In this document: positions 1-9,361 of the stretch, piece by piece
Numbering within the stretch: the stretch's first letter is position 1
Layout: each line of letters begins with the position of its first letter
From: Candidatus Woesearchaeota archaeon
GTDB lineage: Archaea > Nanobdellota > Nanobdellia > Woesearchaeales > WJKB01
Length of the DNA: 64,000 bases
Direction of reading: 5' to 3'
Assembly: GCA_014729345.1 (NCBI GenBank)
Contig: WJKB01000056.1
Span: 71 to 64,070, forward strand
Translations under genes and position numbers: made by a program
The notes under the pieces: model-generated
Database searches by the model: none
The model's input: the letters and a program-made list of their open reading frames with translations, nothing else
What the model was told of the DNA's origin: nothing

Positions 1-13
1 AAAAGGGGTAATA

Positions 14-241
14 ATGCTGAACAAGGCGATGTTCGTGTATTTCTCTTTCCTTTTTGTGGCTGTTATAGGCTTTGTAAACCACTATCTCAGCACACTGGTG
101 CTCAACGCACTCCTCATACTCGGATTTGCAGCCTTGCTGCTCGGAGCTGTGCCCTACACTGTTGTCATGATCAGGGAGGAGAAGAAGATCAAAGCCATGC
201 TGGATAAGTTTGAGAAGAAGAATGACCAGCCAGGTAGATAA
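14..241 (+). CDS. small hydrophobic membrane protein (75 aa), function unknown
   Basis: ORF with two predicted TM helices immediately upstream of the pilin gene. No recognisable motif. Confidence 0.3.
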   Translation: MLNKAMFVYFSFLFVAVIGFVNHYLSTLVLNALLILGFAALLLGAVPYTVVMIREEKKIKAMLDKFEKKNDQPGR

Positions 242-295
242 CAAAAAAGGTATCATGTTGAAGAAACGAAGTTACAAAAGACAATTTCAAAAGAG

Positions 296-832
296 GTGTA
301 TAATATGATGGACAAGAAAGGTGTATCACCGCTGATCGCGACTGTCCTGCTGATCGCTTTTGCTGTGGCTCTTGGAGCTGTTGTGATGAACTGGGGAAGG
401 GCATACGTAGAGCAGACAGCTGATGATGTCGAAGGTCAGTCAGAAACAGATATCAAATGCAGTTTTGACGTCAGCATGGAGGTTATCAGGATCGACGACG
501 TTCCCCAGCTGTGCTACTGCAACCTGAGCGATCCTGCGTATATCGAGTTTACACTGCAGAATATCGGGCGTGAGGACATAGAGGACCTTCAGCTTGTGAT
601 AATCGGGGAGTCGGGGATCGTATCTAACAGTTCCATACTCAACAAGAGTTTGGGGGCCGCTGATGTAATAAAACAGAAGCTGAAATATGACCTGGACAAG
701 GTAGGTACGATAAAGCAGATCCAGATGGTGCCTATGATAATGGAGGGGAGCAGTGTTGTGCCGTGCTCGCAGAGAAAGCTTGAGAAAGGGCTCAGGAACA
801 TCGTCAACTGCACTGGATGCGAAGCATCTTGA
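296..832 (+). CDS. archaeal type IV pilin / archaellin-like protein with class III signal peptide (DUF361-type N-terminus)
   Basis: N-terminus MMDKKGVSPLIATVLLIAFAVALGAVV is the canonical archaeal prepilin signal: basic residues, a KG cleavage site, then VSPLIATVLLI hydrophobic core. It sits directly upstream of the pilus assembly genes. Confidence 0.8.
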   Translation: MYNMMDKKGVSPLIATVLLIAFAVALGAVVMNWGRAYVEQTADDVEGQSETDIKCSFDVSMEVIRIDDVPQLCYCNLSDPAYIEFTLQNIGREDIEDLQLVIIGESGIVSNSSILNKSLGAADVIKQKLKYDLDKVGTIKQIQMVPMIMEGSSVVPCSQRKLEKGLRNIVNCTGCEAS

Positions 833-1254
833 GACGGCTCAAGATGCAAGCCAGAAAAATAACTCTTTTTTTGTTCTTGCTTAGTCTGTTTGTTTTCCTG
901 TCAGCATACATAGGGTTGCAGATAGTCCAGTACTACAGGTCAGCCACAAGCTACGCAGGCTCGCAGACCCCTGAATCAGTAAGATGCGTGGGCTTTTTTT
1001 TTGACGTTAAGGACGTCAGATATGCTGAAGGAGATCTCAGCTTAACTTTCAAGAACAAGCTCCTGAGCGAAGATGATATCAGGCAGATAACAGTAGAGAC
1101 TTCGGACAGCACAAGGACAGTCAATGTTACTGCGATCAGGGGGAATGAGGTCAGGGTCAGGCTCGAGGATTTTGAGATAACAGGCGGCAATATCACAGTA
1201 TATCCGTATTACTGCTCCATGTTTGCAGAAAGTTTTATGGTCCAGAGGGGATAA
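817..1254 (+). CDS. pilin-like / pilus-associated small membrane protein (possible minor pilin)
   Basis: N-terminal basic stretch followed by a hydrophobic helix (RKITLFLFLLSLFVFLSAYIGLQIV). Position inside the pilus locus. Probable start at an internal Met (MQARK...). Confidence 0.4.
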   Translation: MRSILRRLKMQARKITLFLFLLSLFVFLSAYIGLQIVQYYRSATSYAGSQTPESVRCVGFFFDVKDVRYAEGDLSLTFKNKLLSEDDIRQITVETSDSTRTVNVTAIRGNEVRVRLEDFEITGGNITVYPYYCSMFAESFMVQRG

Positions 1255-2026
1255 GAGGAAAGGTCAAAAGATGGGAAATATGTTCAGCAACCGCAGGAAG
1301 CCTGGAAAGATGAGGATGCAGAGGAAGGCGCAGATATGGATATCAGTGGTCCTTTACGTGCTTATTGCGGCAGTTGTGATGGTCATAGTGCTTGAAGCAG
1401 GCATCCCCCTGCTTGAGGGTATGAGGGACAGGGCAGTATTTGAGAAGACAAAGGACAGCATGATCACGCTTGACCAGCATGTAAGAGATGTAGCTGATGA
1501 AGGGCTTGGTAGCCAGAGGTCTGTGCCTGTAGAAATCCAGCAGGGAGAGTTCATTATCGAGGATGACCGGCTCAAATGGGAGATGGACTCCAAGTCAAAG
1601 ATACTTGAGCCTAGGACGCATGTCAGTTTCGGAAACGTGATTGTGGCGTCCAACGTCGATGTGCGTACAACAGACTACGGCAGCTTTTACACTCTGGAGA
1701 ACAGCAGGCTAAAGGCGAACATCTCATCGTTCGGCTCCCCTGAAAACCATACAAGCATAAGCCTCAGCTCTCTGATCAGGGGTATAAAGCTGAAGGAGAC
1801 AGGCACTACACTTACAGGCACTTTCAGTTTTGAGATAGGGAACTCATGCACTTCCGGCACAGGCTGGACAGAGCTTGTGCCGCATGGTAATAATTCCCTT
1901 CTCGGTGATGCAGAGGTGGTGGTGCATATGAACCCCAACAGCACGTCCTGCAGTTATGACCTTGAGCTCATACTTGAGAGCCAGGCTGATTTTTTGAGGG
2001 TGGATATCAGGAATTTCAGGCCATAG
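1223..2026 (+). CDS. pilin-like / pilus-associated membrane protein
   Basis: Basic N-terminus then a single hydrophobic helix (RKAQIWISVVLYVLIAAVVMVIV), and locus context. The true start is probably a downstream Met (MRMQRKAQ...). Confidence 0.4.
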   Translation: MQKVLWSRGDKRKGQKMGNMFSNRRKPGKMRMQRKAQIWISVVLYVLIAAVVMVIVLEAGIPLLEGMRDRAVFEKTKDSMITLDQHVRDVADEGLGSQRSVPVEIQQGEFIIEDDRLKWEMDSKSKILEPRTHVSFGNVIVASNVDVRTTDYGSFYTLENSRLKANISSFGSPENHTSISLSSLIRGIKLKETGTTLTGTFSFEIGNSCTSGTGWTELVPHGNNSLLGDAEVVVHMNPNSTSCSYDLELILESQADFLRVDIRNFRP

Positions 2027-2240
2027 GCATCATCCAGCCAGCATGCAGCAGACGCTCCCTGAAGGCGGTCGAGCAGCCTGGAACAGGATCTGCAGCAAAA
2101 AAGAAAAGTATATAAAAAGAGCAGACAAGCATACTGATATAAAGCATTGACAGGATAGTGCATGATGTAGTGCATAATGACACATCCAGGATAGCCCGGT
2201 CTGCAGTAATGCAGGCAGAAAAAACAAAAAAGAGGATAAG

Positions 2241-3980
2241 ATGGCGCTTATAGGCAAGAAAGATATAGACAGGACAAAGGCAGAGCCTGAGCCGACAAAA
2301 GACAAGGTGACAAGGTCAGCTGCGCCTTTAGCAAGTTCGCCCTTCGGAGCGCCTTCAGGCCCGGCTGAGTATCCTCGTGAGATAGGCACAGCCAGAGTGC
2401 CGGAAGCCGCTGCAAAACCTGCAGAGAACAAGGAAAAGCCCTCTTTCTATATCGACCTGAGGCCAAGGGTAATCACCCTGCCTGAGGTAGAAGACAAGAC
2501 AAAGATAAATATCAGATACCCTCTGATTCCTCCCTTCGCTTTCGCTCATATATTCTGGGACTCCAAGAACAAGGAGGTTGTCTATCTTGTAGAGGAGCCT
2601 TCCCTTGACGATACAGAGAAAGAGATCCTAAGGCTCGTGCAGCTCGGACTTGAGGAGATGATCAACATTAGTTTCGTAAGGGCTGCAAAAATGAACATCA
2701 TACTTGAGTATCTTGAGAAGAACGTACAGTCTATCCTCATAGAACTGGGCACAAAGGTCAGCAAAGAGACCTATCAAAAGCTCATGTATTATGTCTACAG
2801 GAACAGCGTGGGCTTCAACGAGATAGAGGCCATGCTCCAGGATTATTACATAGAGGATATAGAATGCAACGGCGTCGGCTTTCCGGTTTACATTGTGCAC
2901 AGGAAGTTCCAGAATCTCAGGACAAACATAATATACAATGAAGCTTCTGAGCTATCCAACTTCGTGGAGAAGCTTGCCCAGAAAGCAGGTAGGTATGTGA
3001 GTTATGCAAAGCCCCTGCTTGACGGCACCCTCCCCGACGGATCAAGGGTAAATGCCACTTTCACAGAGGACGTGACCACAAGAGGCCCTACATTCACCAT
3101 AAGGAAGTTCACAAAAGAGCCCTGGACCCCTATCCACCTGATAGGCTTCAAGACAGGATCACCCGAGCTTTTTGCCTATTTCTGGCTGGCCATAGAGAAC
3201 AAGTTCAATATCCTTGTCATCGGGGAAACAGCCTCAGGAAAGACCACTTTCCTGAACAGTATCGCCACTTTCATACCGCCTGAAGCAAGGGTAGTCAGCA
3301 TAGAAGACACCAGGGAACTCAACCTCACGCATATCAACTGGCTTCCTGCAGTCACCAGGTCAGGCTTTGGCATCCCAGGCCTTCTCGGCAAGAGCTATGG
3401 GGAGATAACCCTCTATGACCTCCTGAGGGAAACCTTCAGGCAGAATCCTGACTATGTCATAGTGGGAGAGACCAGAGGAAAAGAGGCCTATGTGATGTTT
3501 CAGGGTATGGCTTCAGGCCATCCAAGCTTCAGCACCTTCCACGCTGCCAACGTGGAGACAGTAATCAGGAGACTGGAGACTCCGCCTATCAATCTTCCGG
3601 CCTCCTTGATCGAATCCCTTGACATAGTGGTCTCTGTGACCCATATCAAGACCCTGGAGAAGAACATAAGGAGGATGAAAGAGTGCAGGGAGATCGTCAG
3701 TGTGTCCCAGCAGATAGGCAAGGTTGATGCAAGGATGGTTTTTGAGTGGGACGCATCAAAAGACAGTATAGTATTCAACGCAAACAGCTTGATCATGGAG
3801 AAGATAACCAAAAGGACAGGCATGAGACCTGAACATGTCAATACCGAGCTTCGCAGGAGGACAGAGATACTCAAAAAGATGTCTGACAAGGGGATCACAG
3901 GTTTCAAGCAGTTCAATTCGATCATAAACCAGTATTATAAGGATCCTACCTCGGTCCTTAAGAGGTTTGGGATAAGGTAA
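2241..3980 (+). CDS. type IV pilus / archaellum assembly ATPase (FlaI/ArlI-TadA-VirB11 family, type II/IV secretion NTPase)
   Basis: Walker A is VIGETASGKTTFLNSIA, Walker B-like is DYVIVGETRG, and conserved His and Asp boxes are present, on a secretion-ATPase scaffold. About 90 aa of N-terminal low complexity. Confidence 0.85.
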   Translation: MALIGKKDIDRTKAEPEPTKDKVTRSAAPLASSPFGAPSGPAEYPREIGTARVPEAAAKPAENKEKPSFYIDLRPRVITLPEVEDKTKINIRYPLIPPFAFAHIFWDSKNKEVVYLVEEPSLDDTEKEILRLVQLGLEEMINISFVRAAKMNIILEYLEKNVQSILIELGTKVSKETYQKLMYYVYRNSVGFNEIEAMLQDYYIEDIECNGVGFPVYIVHRKFQNLRTNIIYNEASELSNFVEKLAQKAGRYVSYAKPLLDGTLPDGSRVNATFTEDVTTRGPTFTIRKFTKEPWTPIHLIGFKTGSPELFAYFWLAIENKFNILVIGETASGKTTFLNSIATFIPPEARVVSIEDTRELNLTHINWLPAVTRSGFGIPGLLGKSYGEITLYDLLRETFRQNPDYVIVGETRGKEAYVMFQGMASGHPSFSTFHAANVETVIRRLETPPINLPASLIESLDIVVSVTHIKTLEKNIRRMKECREIVSVSQQIGKVDARMVFEWDASKDSIVFNANSLIMEKITKRTGMRPEHVNTELRRRTEILKKMSDKGITGFKQFNSIINQYYKDPTSVLKRFGIR

Positions 3981-3983
3981 GAT

Positions 3984-4202
3984 ATGATGAAATCAGAAAG
4001 CATAAGGCAGTCACTTGACAGGATAGAGGCAGCTGCAGAGTATCACGATCAGCTTGGGGAAAAAGGCTCCGAGTCAGAAGCAGAGGCTCAGAACCTCAGG
4101 CTCAAGATGAAGTATGCCAGAGAACAGGTGATGAAGCAGACTCTTGAGATAAGGGAAGAGGTCGAAAAGCTGGAAGAGAAGATCAGGGAAGAGATCCGGT
4201 GA
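3984..4202 (+). CDS. small coiled-coil protein (72 aa), function unknown
   Basis: Charged heptad-like sequence between the ATPase and the TadC-like gene. Possibly a pilus accessory protein. Confidence 0.3.
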   Translation: MMKSESIRQSLDRIEAAAEYHDQLGEKGSESEAEAQNLRLKMKYAREQVMKQTLEIREEVEKLEEKIREEIR

Positions 4203-4220
4203 TACATCTGAGGCTCTGAG

Positions 4221-6260
4221 GTGGGGATGAATCTCATGTTAAAGGATATCCAGCCTTTTATTTCAAAGATAGATGACCTTTTGGGAGAGATATCCACCTA
4301 TAAACGATACAAGGAAAAGCTCCTGAAAAGGCTGGACATGCTATACAGTGACTATCAGGCAGGAAAATATACATATATCCAGTACCAGAGGCTTGCTGAG
4401 AAGCTTCTCAAAGGCAAGACCAGGAAAGAATGGATAGAATACTATGACAGCTATATCTATTCCCTGCTCAAGAAGGTTGAGTACAGCAACAGCCAGATAT
4501 TCTACATAGCTTTCAAGGACAGGAGCTATCTTGAACTCTCAAAGATGAAAGTGCCTGAGAATATGCCTGTGCCTGAACCTGAAAAGGTTAGGGTTAGGAG
4601 GCCCAGGTTTGCCAGGCCAAAGAAGAAAGAGAAAAAAGAGAAACATGCAGAAAAAAGGAAAGACAAGAAACAAAAGCCTTTAGAGGTCTCAACAGAACCT
4701 GTAAGCATCAGCGCAGAGGAGGCAGAACCGATGGTTGAAGCGGCAAGGGCTGAGGAGCCTGTCGAGCCTGAAGAGATCCAGGCAGAGACCATGGAGGTAA
4801 AGCCTGAGCCCTCAAAAGCAGAAGAGCAAGCTCCTGCTGAGCCTACCCCTCCTTCTGAAGAGCCTGTCGAGATAGCTGCTGAGCAGGCAGGCAGGCCCGC
4901 AAAATCACGAAGAGTTCCATGGGAGAAAGAAGAAAAGCAGACCGCGCGCGCCGGAAAGCGCGGGGCAGAAGAGGCAGGCAGACAAGGAATGAAAAAAAAG
5001 AAGGCTGCAGGGGCTCCAAGATATACATTGTGGCAAAGGATAAGGTTCGCCTTCTCTCCCAGAGAAAAAGAGTCTGCTTTTGAGAGGATACTAACTGAAG
5101 AGGGAGAGAATGTCAAGCTCAAGAAGAAGCCTAAACTGATGAAGTTCGGGCCTGCAGATCTTGTGAAGAACATGATAGACAGGTTCAGGGCTGACAGAGA
5201 GGTTATAATCGCAGACAAGACCCTCGTCACCCATTCTGTACTTGAACTGGCCCAGATGGAAAAAGAGGAGATGAAGGCTCTCAAGGCCGCAAAGCTGGAT
5301 GTTGAAGAGCTTGCAGAAGAGGCCAAGAGGATGAGGAGGATCGCTGCTGAGAAAAAAGCCATCAAGGTCTACAAGCCTTCCCTTATAGGCACAGTATCTA
5401 ATCTCACAGTAAGGAGATTGACCCTGTTCTTTATCGACAAGTTTCCTGAATTCTTCAAGAATTTCTACACCCAGATGAGATATGCCAACATAAAGCTGCT
5501 TTCCAACACGTATATAAACATAATGTTCTTCATGACCATAGTGTCCTTCTTTGCAGCGCTTCCTCTGTGGTTCATATTCTTCTATCTAAGATTTTATCCC
5601 ATGATCATGATAATCATAAGAGGGGTGCTTATGTCATTGCTCACTTCTGCTGCAGTGGCGTTTGCCTTCTACTACTACCCTATCAGCAAGATAAACAGAA
5701 GGACAAGGGACATCAATACAAATCTTCCTTTTGCGATAGACCACATGTCAGCTGTGGCGAGCAGCGGTGTAAACCCCACTGCCATGTTCAAGCTGATCGC
5801 CATATCTGAGGAGTACGGCGATATATGCGGTGAGATACAGAAGATTGTGGATTTCATAGAGCTTTTCGGATATGATCTCATAACTGCGGTCAAGTCTATC
5901 TCATCCACCACTCCGAGCGCCAGGTTCAAGGAATTCCTTGAAGGGATAGTCAGCACCATAGAGACAGGAGGAGACATTCAGGGGTATCTTTCCCAGAAAA
6001 GCGGAGAAGCCATGCTGGCATACAGGCTTGAGAGGAAGAAGTACACAGACACTATCTCGACATATTCGGACGTCTACACAGGCATCCTCGTAGCGGCCCC
6101 GCTTTTCTTTGTGGCTGCGCTTTCGCTCGTCAGCGTGCTGGGAGGCACTATCGGAGGGTATGATGTGGACGTGCTTGTGGCTTTCGGGACATACGCGATC
6201 ATACCGCTGCTCAATATATTTTTCATAATATTCCTGGAGATAAACCAGCCCAAGGTATAG
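4221..6260 (+). CDS. TadB/TadC (FlaJ)-like pilus platform membrane protein with long Lys/Glu/Pro-rich N-terminal extension
   Basis: The C-terminal third has a T2SSF-like segment (LPFAIDHMSAVASSGVNPTAMFKLIA...GGDIQGYLSQKSGE) flanked by TM helices. About 400 aa of N-terminal low-complexity KEKK/PEPE region. Confidence 0.6.
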   Translation: MGMNLMLKDIQPFISKIDDLLGEISTYKRYKEKLLKRLDMLYSDYQAGKYTYIQYQRLAEKLLKGKTRKEWIEYYDSYIYSLLKKVEYSNSQIFYIAFKDRSYLELSKMKVPENMPVPEPEKVRVRRPRFARPKKKEKKEKHAEKRKDKKQKPLEVSTEPVSISAEEAEPMVEAARAEEPVEPEEIQAETMEVKPEPSKAEEQAPAEPTPPSEEPVEIAAEQAGRPAKSRRVPWEKEEKQTARAGKRGAEEAGRQGMKKKKAAGAPRYTLWQRIRFAFSPREKESAFERILTEEGENVKLKKKPKLMKFGPADLVKNMIDRFRADREVIIADKTLVTHSVLELAQMEKEEMKALKAAKLDVEELAEEAKRMRRIAAEKKAIKVYKPSLIGTVSNLTVRRLTLFFIDKFPEFFKNFYTQMRYANIKLLSNTYINIMFFMTIVSFFAALPLWFIFFYLRFYPMIMIIIRGVLMSLLTSAAVAFAFYYYPISKINRRTRDINTNLPFAIDHMSAVASSGVNPTAMFKLIAISEEYGDICGEIQKIVDFIELFGYDLITAVKSISSTTPSARFKEFLEGIVSTIETGGDIQGYLSQKSGEAMLAYRLERKKYTDTISTYSDVYTGILVAAPLFFVAALSLVSVLGGTIGGYDVDVLVAFGTYAIIPLLNIFFIIFLEINQPKV

Positions 6261-6264
6261 CAAG

Positions 6265-7176
6265 ATGGCAGGAAAAAAGATAAGATACATCGTTTCAGCG
6301 ATTCTCGCGCTGGCCATACTAGGTATAAATATCGCCTATTACAGAGAAACAAAGTGGTTCATACCTTTGATAGTAGTAGCTGTAACTGTAGCCTGGTTCC
6401 AGTACTGGATGAGTTACTTTCTTGAGACCAGAAGACAGAAAGAGATAGAGTCCAAGTTCCCTGAGTTTGTCAGGAATCTTGCAGGTGCTATTAAGTCAGG
6501 GATGCCTGTGGGCAAGGCTATGCTGCATGTCAGTAGTACAGACTACGGCGCCCTGACCCCTTATGTCACCAAGATGGCGCACCAGACCGAATGGGCGATC
6601 CCTATCCATAAGATACTCATCAATTTTGCGAATGAGACCAGGAACAAGATCATAAAAAGGGCTGTCTCTACTGTCATAGAGGCTGAGCAGAGCGGCGGAA
6701 GCATCGAGGACGTCCTTGAGTCCATAACCAACAGCCTTATCGAGATAAAGAAGATCAAGGAAGAGAGGAGGGCAAGCATCCACGGCCAGCTGATCCAGAG
6801 CTATATCATATTCTTCGTGTTCCTGGCAGTCATGATCGTGATCCAGAACATGCTTGTCCCTTACATAGTAGGCATGCAGGAAAGCGCATCCCAAGGGCTT
6901 TTTGGGACTGCGCCTGTTGGAGCGACAGGCCTTGAGGGCATGGTCAAGGATATTGATGTTGATTTCAGCTCAATACCTATGTTCATAGAGACGATGGGAC
7001 AGTGGCTCACGTCCTTGAACGGCATATTTCTGATGCTTGCGACCATACAGGGCTTTTTTGCAGGAGTGGTCATAGGCAAGCTGTCAGAGGGAGAGCTCCG
7101 CGCAGGGATCAAGCATTCACTGATCCTGATGACAGTGGCTTTCTTTGTCATAACCCTGGCCCAGGGAGCCATGTGA
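6265..7176 (+). CDS. TadB/TadC (FlaJ)-like pilus platform membrane protein, second copy
   Basis: A single T2SSF-like domain (LAGAIKSGMPVGKAMLHV...EAEQSGGSIEDVLESI) between TM helices. The start codon is 4 bp after the previous gene. Confidence 0.6.
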   Translation: MAGKKIRYIVSAILALAILGINIAYYRETKWFIPLIVVAVTVAWFQYWMSYFLETRRQKEIESKFPEFVRNLAGAIKSGMPVGKAMLHVSSTDYGALTPYVTKMAHQTEWAIPIHKILINFANETRNKIIKRAVSTVIEAEQSGGSIEDVLESITNSLIEIKKIKEERRASIHGQLIQSYIIFFVFLAVMIVIQNMLVPYIVGMQESASQGLFGTAPVGATGLEGMVKDIDVDFSSIPMFIETMGQWLTSLNGIFLMLATIQGFFAGVVIGKLSEGELRAGIKHSLILMTVAFFVITLAQGAM

Positions 7177-7470
7177 AATCAGTATACGGCCTGCTTTTGC
7201 AAGCGCAATGCAGAAAATCACCAGTACAGCAGTGTTTATGGTGTACACAAGCGTCAAAAGCAGCGTGCTGAGCATACCCTCCAAGCCTGTGTAGAAGAAA
7301 AGATACCTGTGGACATTTGGGAAAGTTTCTGAAACAGCCCAGAGCTGCAGCCTTAGAGGGAGCTGCAGCATGCCTGCTGTTGTGCCTTCGATGCCACGAT
7401 GATATGACACTGATGAGCCTATGCCCCATACCAGGCCTGTGAAAAGTGCTGTAAGATTGTTTTTTTTCAT
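7117..7470 (-). CDS. possible small membrane protein (117 aa), uncertain
   Basis: ORF with hydrophobic segments convergent on the TadC-like gene, overlapping its 3' end by 60 bp. No motif. It could be spurious. Confidence 0.2.
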   Translation of the reverse strand: MKKNNLTALFTGLVWGIGSSVSYHRGIEGTTAGMLQLPLRLQLWAVSETFPNVHRYLFFYTGLEGMLSTLLLTLVYTINTAVLVIFCIALAKAGRILISHGSLGQGYDKESHCHQDQ

Positions 7471-7587
7471 TGTTTCATGCTGTTACCCCTTAATGATAGG
7501 GACAGTAACCCCTGAGCTTTTATAAATCTATTGTTTTGAAACAGATAAAAATAAATACTTTCATCCATTGCAGCATGATGAGGCATA

Positions 7588-8427
7588 ATGACAAGGATAG
7601 TGCTTGATCTTACCAAGACCATCGATCAGAACGCTTCTGAATATTTTGAAAAGGCCAAGAAAGCAAGAAAAAAGATGAAAGGCGCTCAGGAAGCGCTGGA
7701 GAAGAGCAGGCAGAAACTTAAGAAGGCCAGGAAAAAGAGCATGAAGGCAGAGGCTGCTGCAGAGCAAATAACTTTCCAGAAGCCCAAGCCAGAGTGGTAC
7801 GAGAAGTTCAGATGGTTCATCAGCTCAGAGGGCTTTCTGGTCATAGGAGGAAGGGACGCTACCACCAACGAGATGATCATAAAGAAACACACAAAGAGCA
7901 AAGACCTGGTATTCCACACAGACATGTCAGGAAGCCCGTTTTTCGTGATACAATCAGACAGCCTGGAAGGTAAAAGTATAGGTAAGCCTACGATACAGCA
8001 GACTGCGGACGCCACCTGCACGTTCTCAAAAGCATTTAAGCTGGGGCTGGCAAGGCAGGACGTCTTCTATGTAAAGCCCGACCAGGTGACCAAAGAGGCA
8101 AAAGCAGGAGAATACCTGCAGAAAGGAGCTTTCATGATAAAAGGAAAGACAACATATGTGGACAACAGGATCAACTGTGCTGTGGGCATCACAGAAGAGG
8201 GCAGGATCATGGCAGGTCCTGTTGAGGCTGTCAGCAAAAACTGCACAAGTTATGTCCAGATAGGACAAGGAGACCAGAAGACCAGCAGGGTGGCAAAGCT
8301 CATACAGAAAAAGATAGGGGGAGACCTTGACGACATAATAAGAGCCATGCCTACTGGAGGGTGCAGGATAGAAAGATCAGGATCAGCCAAGACCCTAAGG
8401 CCCAAGAAAGAAAAAAAATCAGACTAA
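7588..8427 (+). CDS. NFACT-R (DUF814) domain protein, Rqc2/Tae2-related
   Basis: Segment FRWFISSEGFLVIGGRDATTNEMIIKKHTKSKDLVFHTDMSGSPFFVI matches the DUF814/NFACT-R core. An N-terminal basic coiled coil precedes it. Confidence 0.65.
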   Translation: MTRIVLDLTKTIDQNASEYFEKAKKARKKMKGAQEALEKSRQKLKKARKKSMKAEAAAEQITFQKPKPEWYEKFRWFISSEGFLVIGGRDATTNEMIIKKHTKSKDLVFHTDMSGSPFFVIQSDSLEGKSIGKPTIQQTADATCTFSKAFKLGLARQDVFYVKPDQVTKEAKAGEYLQKGAFMIKGKTTYVDNRINCAVGITEEGRIMAGPVEAVSKNCTSYVQIGQGDQKTSRVAKLIQKKIGGDLDDIIRAMPTGGCRIERSGSAKTLRPKKEKKSD

Positions 8428-8443
8428 AGCGCTAAAACCAAGG

Positions 8444-9271
8444 ATGGACGACCTCAAGCTTGTACTCAAGGAAAGGGAAAAAGACTCGCACAAGGGAGAG
8501 AACGGCACAGTCCTGGTGATTGGAGGCAGCAAGGATTTTGTCGGTGCTCCTGCGCTTGCAGGTCTGGCAGCTCTGCGGACAGGCATCGACCTTGTTGTGG
8601 TTGCGGCTCCTTACAGGACCGCCTGGACCATTAACACATATTCTCCTGACCTGATCACAAAAAAGCTGCACGGAGAGTTCTTTGTCAAGGCCCATGCAAG
8701 ACAGGTGTTTGACATGGTACCTAACTTTGACGTCATCTGCATAGGCAGCGGCATGGCCACCAGGCCTGAGACTGAATCATTTGTGAGGGAGGTCTGCAGC
8801 GAGGTGGTCACAAGGCCAAAGGTGATCGATGCAGACGCTATCAAGGCCCTGCATGGAATGCAAGTGGCTAACGCTGTCTTCACTCCGCATGCAAAGGAAT
8901 TCGAGATATACACTGGCCAGAAGCTTCCAGACAAGGAAAAGGAAAAGACAGATTTGCTCAAGTCTTATGCTAGCAGGGAAACGGTCTTTCTGCTGAAAGG
9001 CCCTGTTGACCTGATAACAGATGGTTCAAGGGTCAGGCGCAACACCACAGGCAATCCAGGCATGACAGTAGGAGGTACAGGCGACGTGCTCGCAGGCCTC
9101 TGCGCAGGATTGCTGGCCCACAATACAGGCGACAAGTTCCATGCAGCGTGCGCTGCTGCCTTCCTGAATGGGAAGATAGGAGATGAGCTTTACAGGAAGA
9201 TGGGTTATGGGTTTACTGCAGGGGACATGATACACGAGATACCTGCATCCATAAGCAGATGCCTGCGCTGA
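8444..9271 (+). CDS. ADP-dependent NAD(P)H-hydrate dehydratase (YjeF C-terminal / Nnr family)
   Basis: Motifs GTVLVIGGSKDFVGAPALAGLAALRTGIDLV and GGTGDVLAGLCAGLLA are typical of the carbohydrate-kinase-like YjeF_C fold. Confidence 0.8.
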   Translation: MDDLKLVLKEREKDSHKGENGTVLVIGGSKDFVGAPALAGLAALRTGIDLVVVAAPYRTAWTINTYSPDLITKKLHGEFFVKAHARQVFDMVPNFDVICIGSGMATRPETESFVREVCSEVVTRPKVIDADAIKALHGMQVANAVFTPHAKEFEIYTGQKLPDKEKEKTDLLKSYASRETVFLLKGPVDLITDGSRVRRNTTGNPGMTVGGTGDVLAGLCAGLLAHNTGDKFHAACAAAFLNGKIGDELYRKMGYGFTAGDMIHEIPASISRCLR

Positions 9272-9361
9272 CAGGGCAACATTTAAAAACCCTCAGTAGG
9301 AGTAACATTTAAAAAGCATCATCAACAGTATCTTACCAGACCACCAAAAAAGAGGAAAAAC

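Noticed and set aside
4526-5365. 279-aa minus-strand ORF
   Set aside because: It is antisense to the low-complexity Lys/Glu-rich region of the TadC-like gene. The Ser/Phe-rich mirror translation is an artefact.
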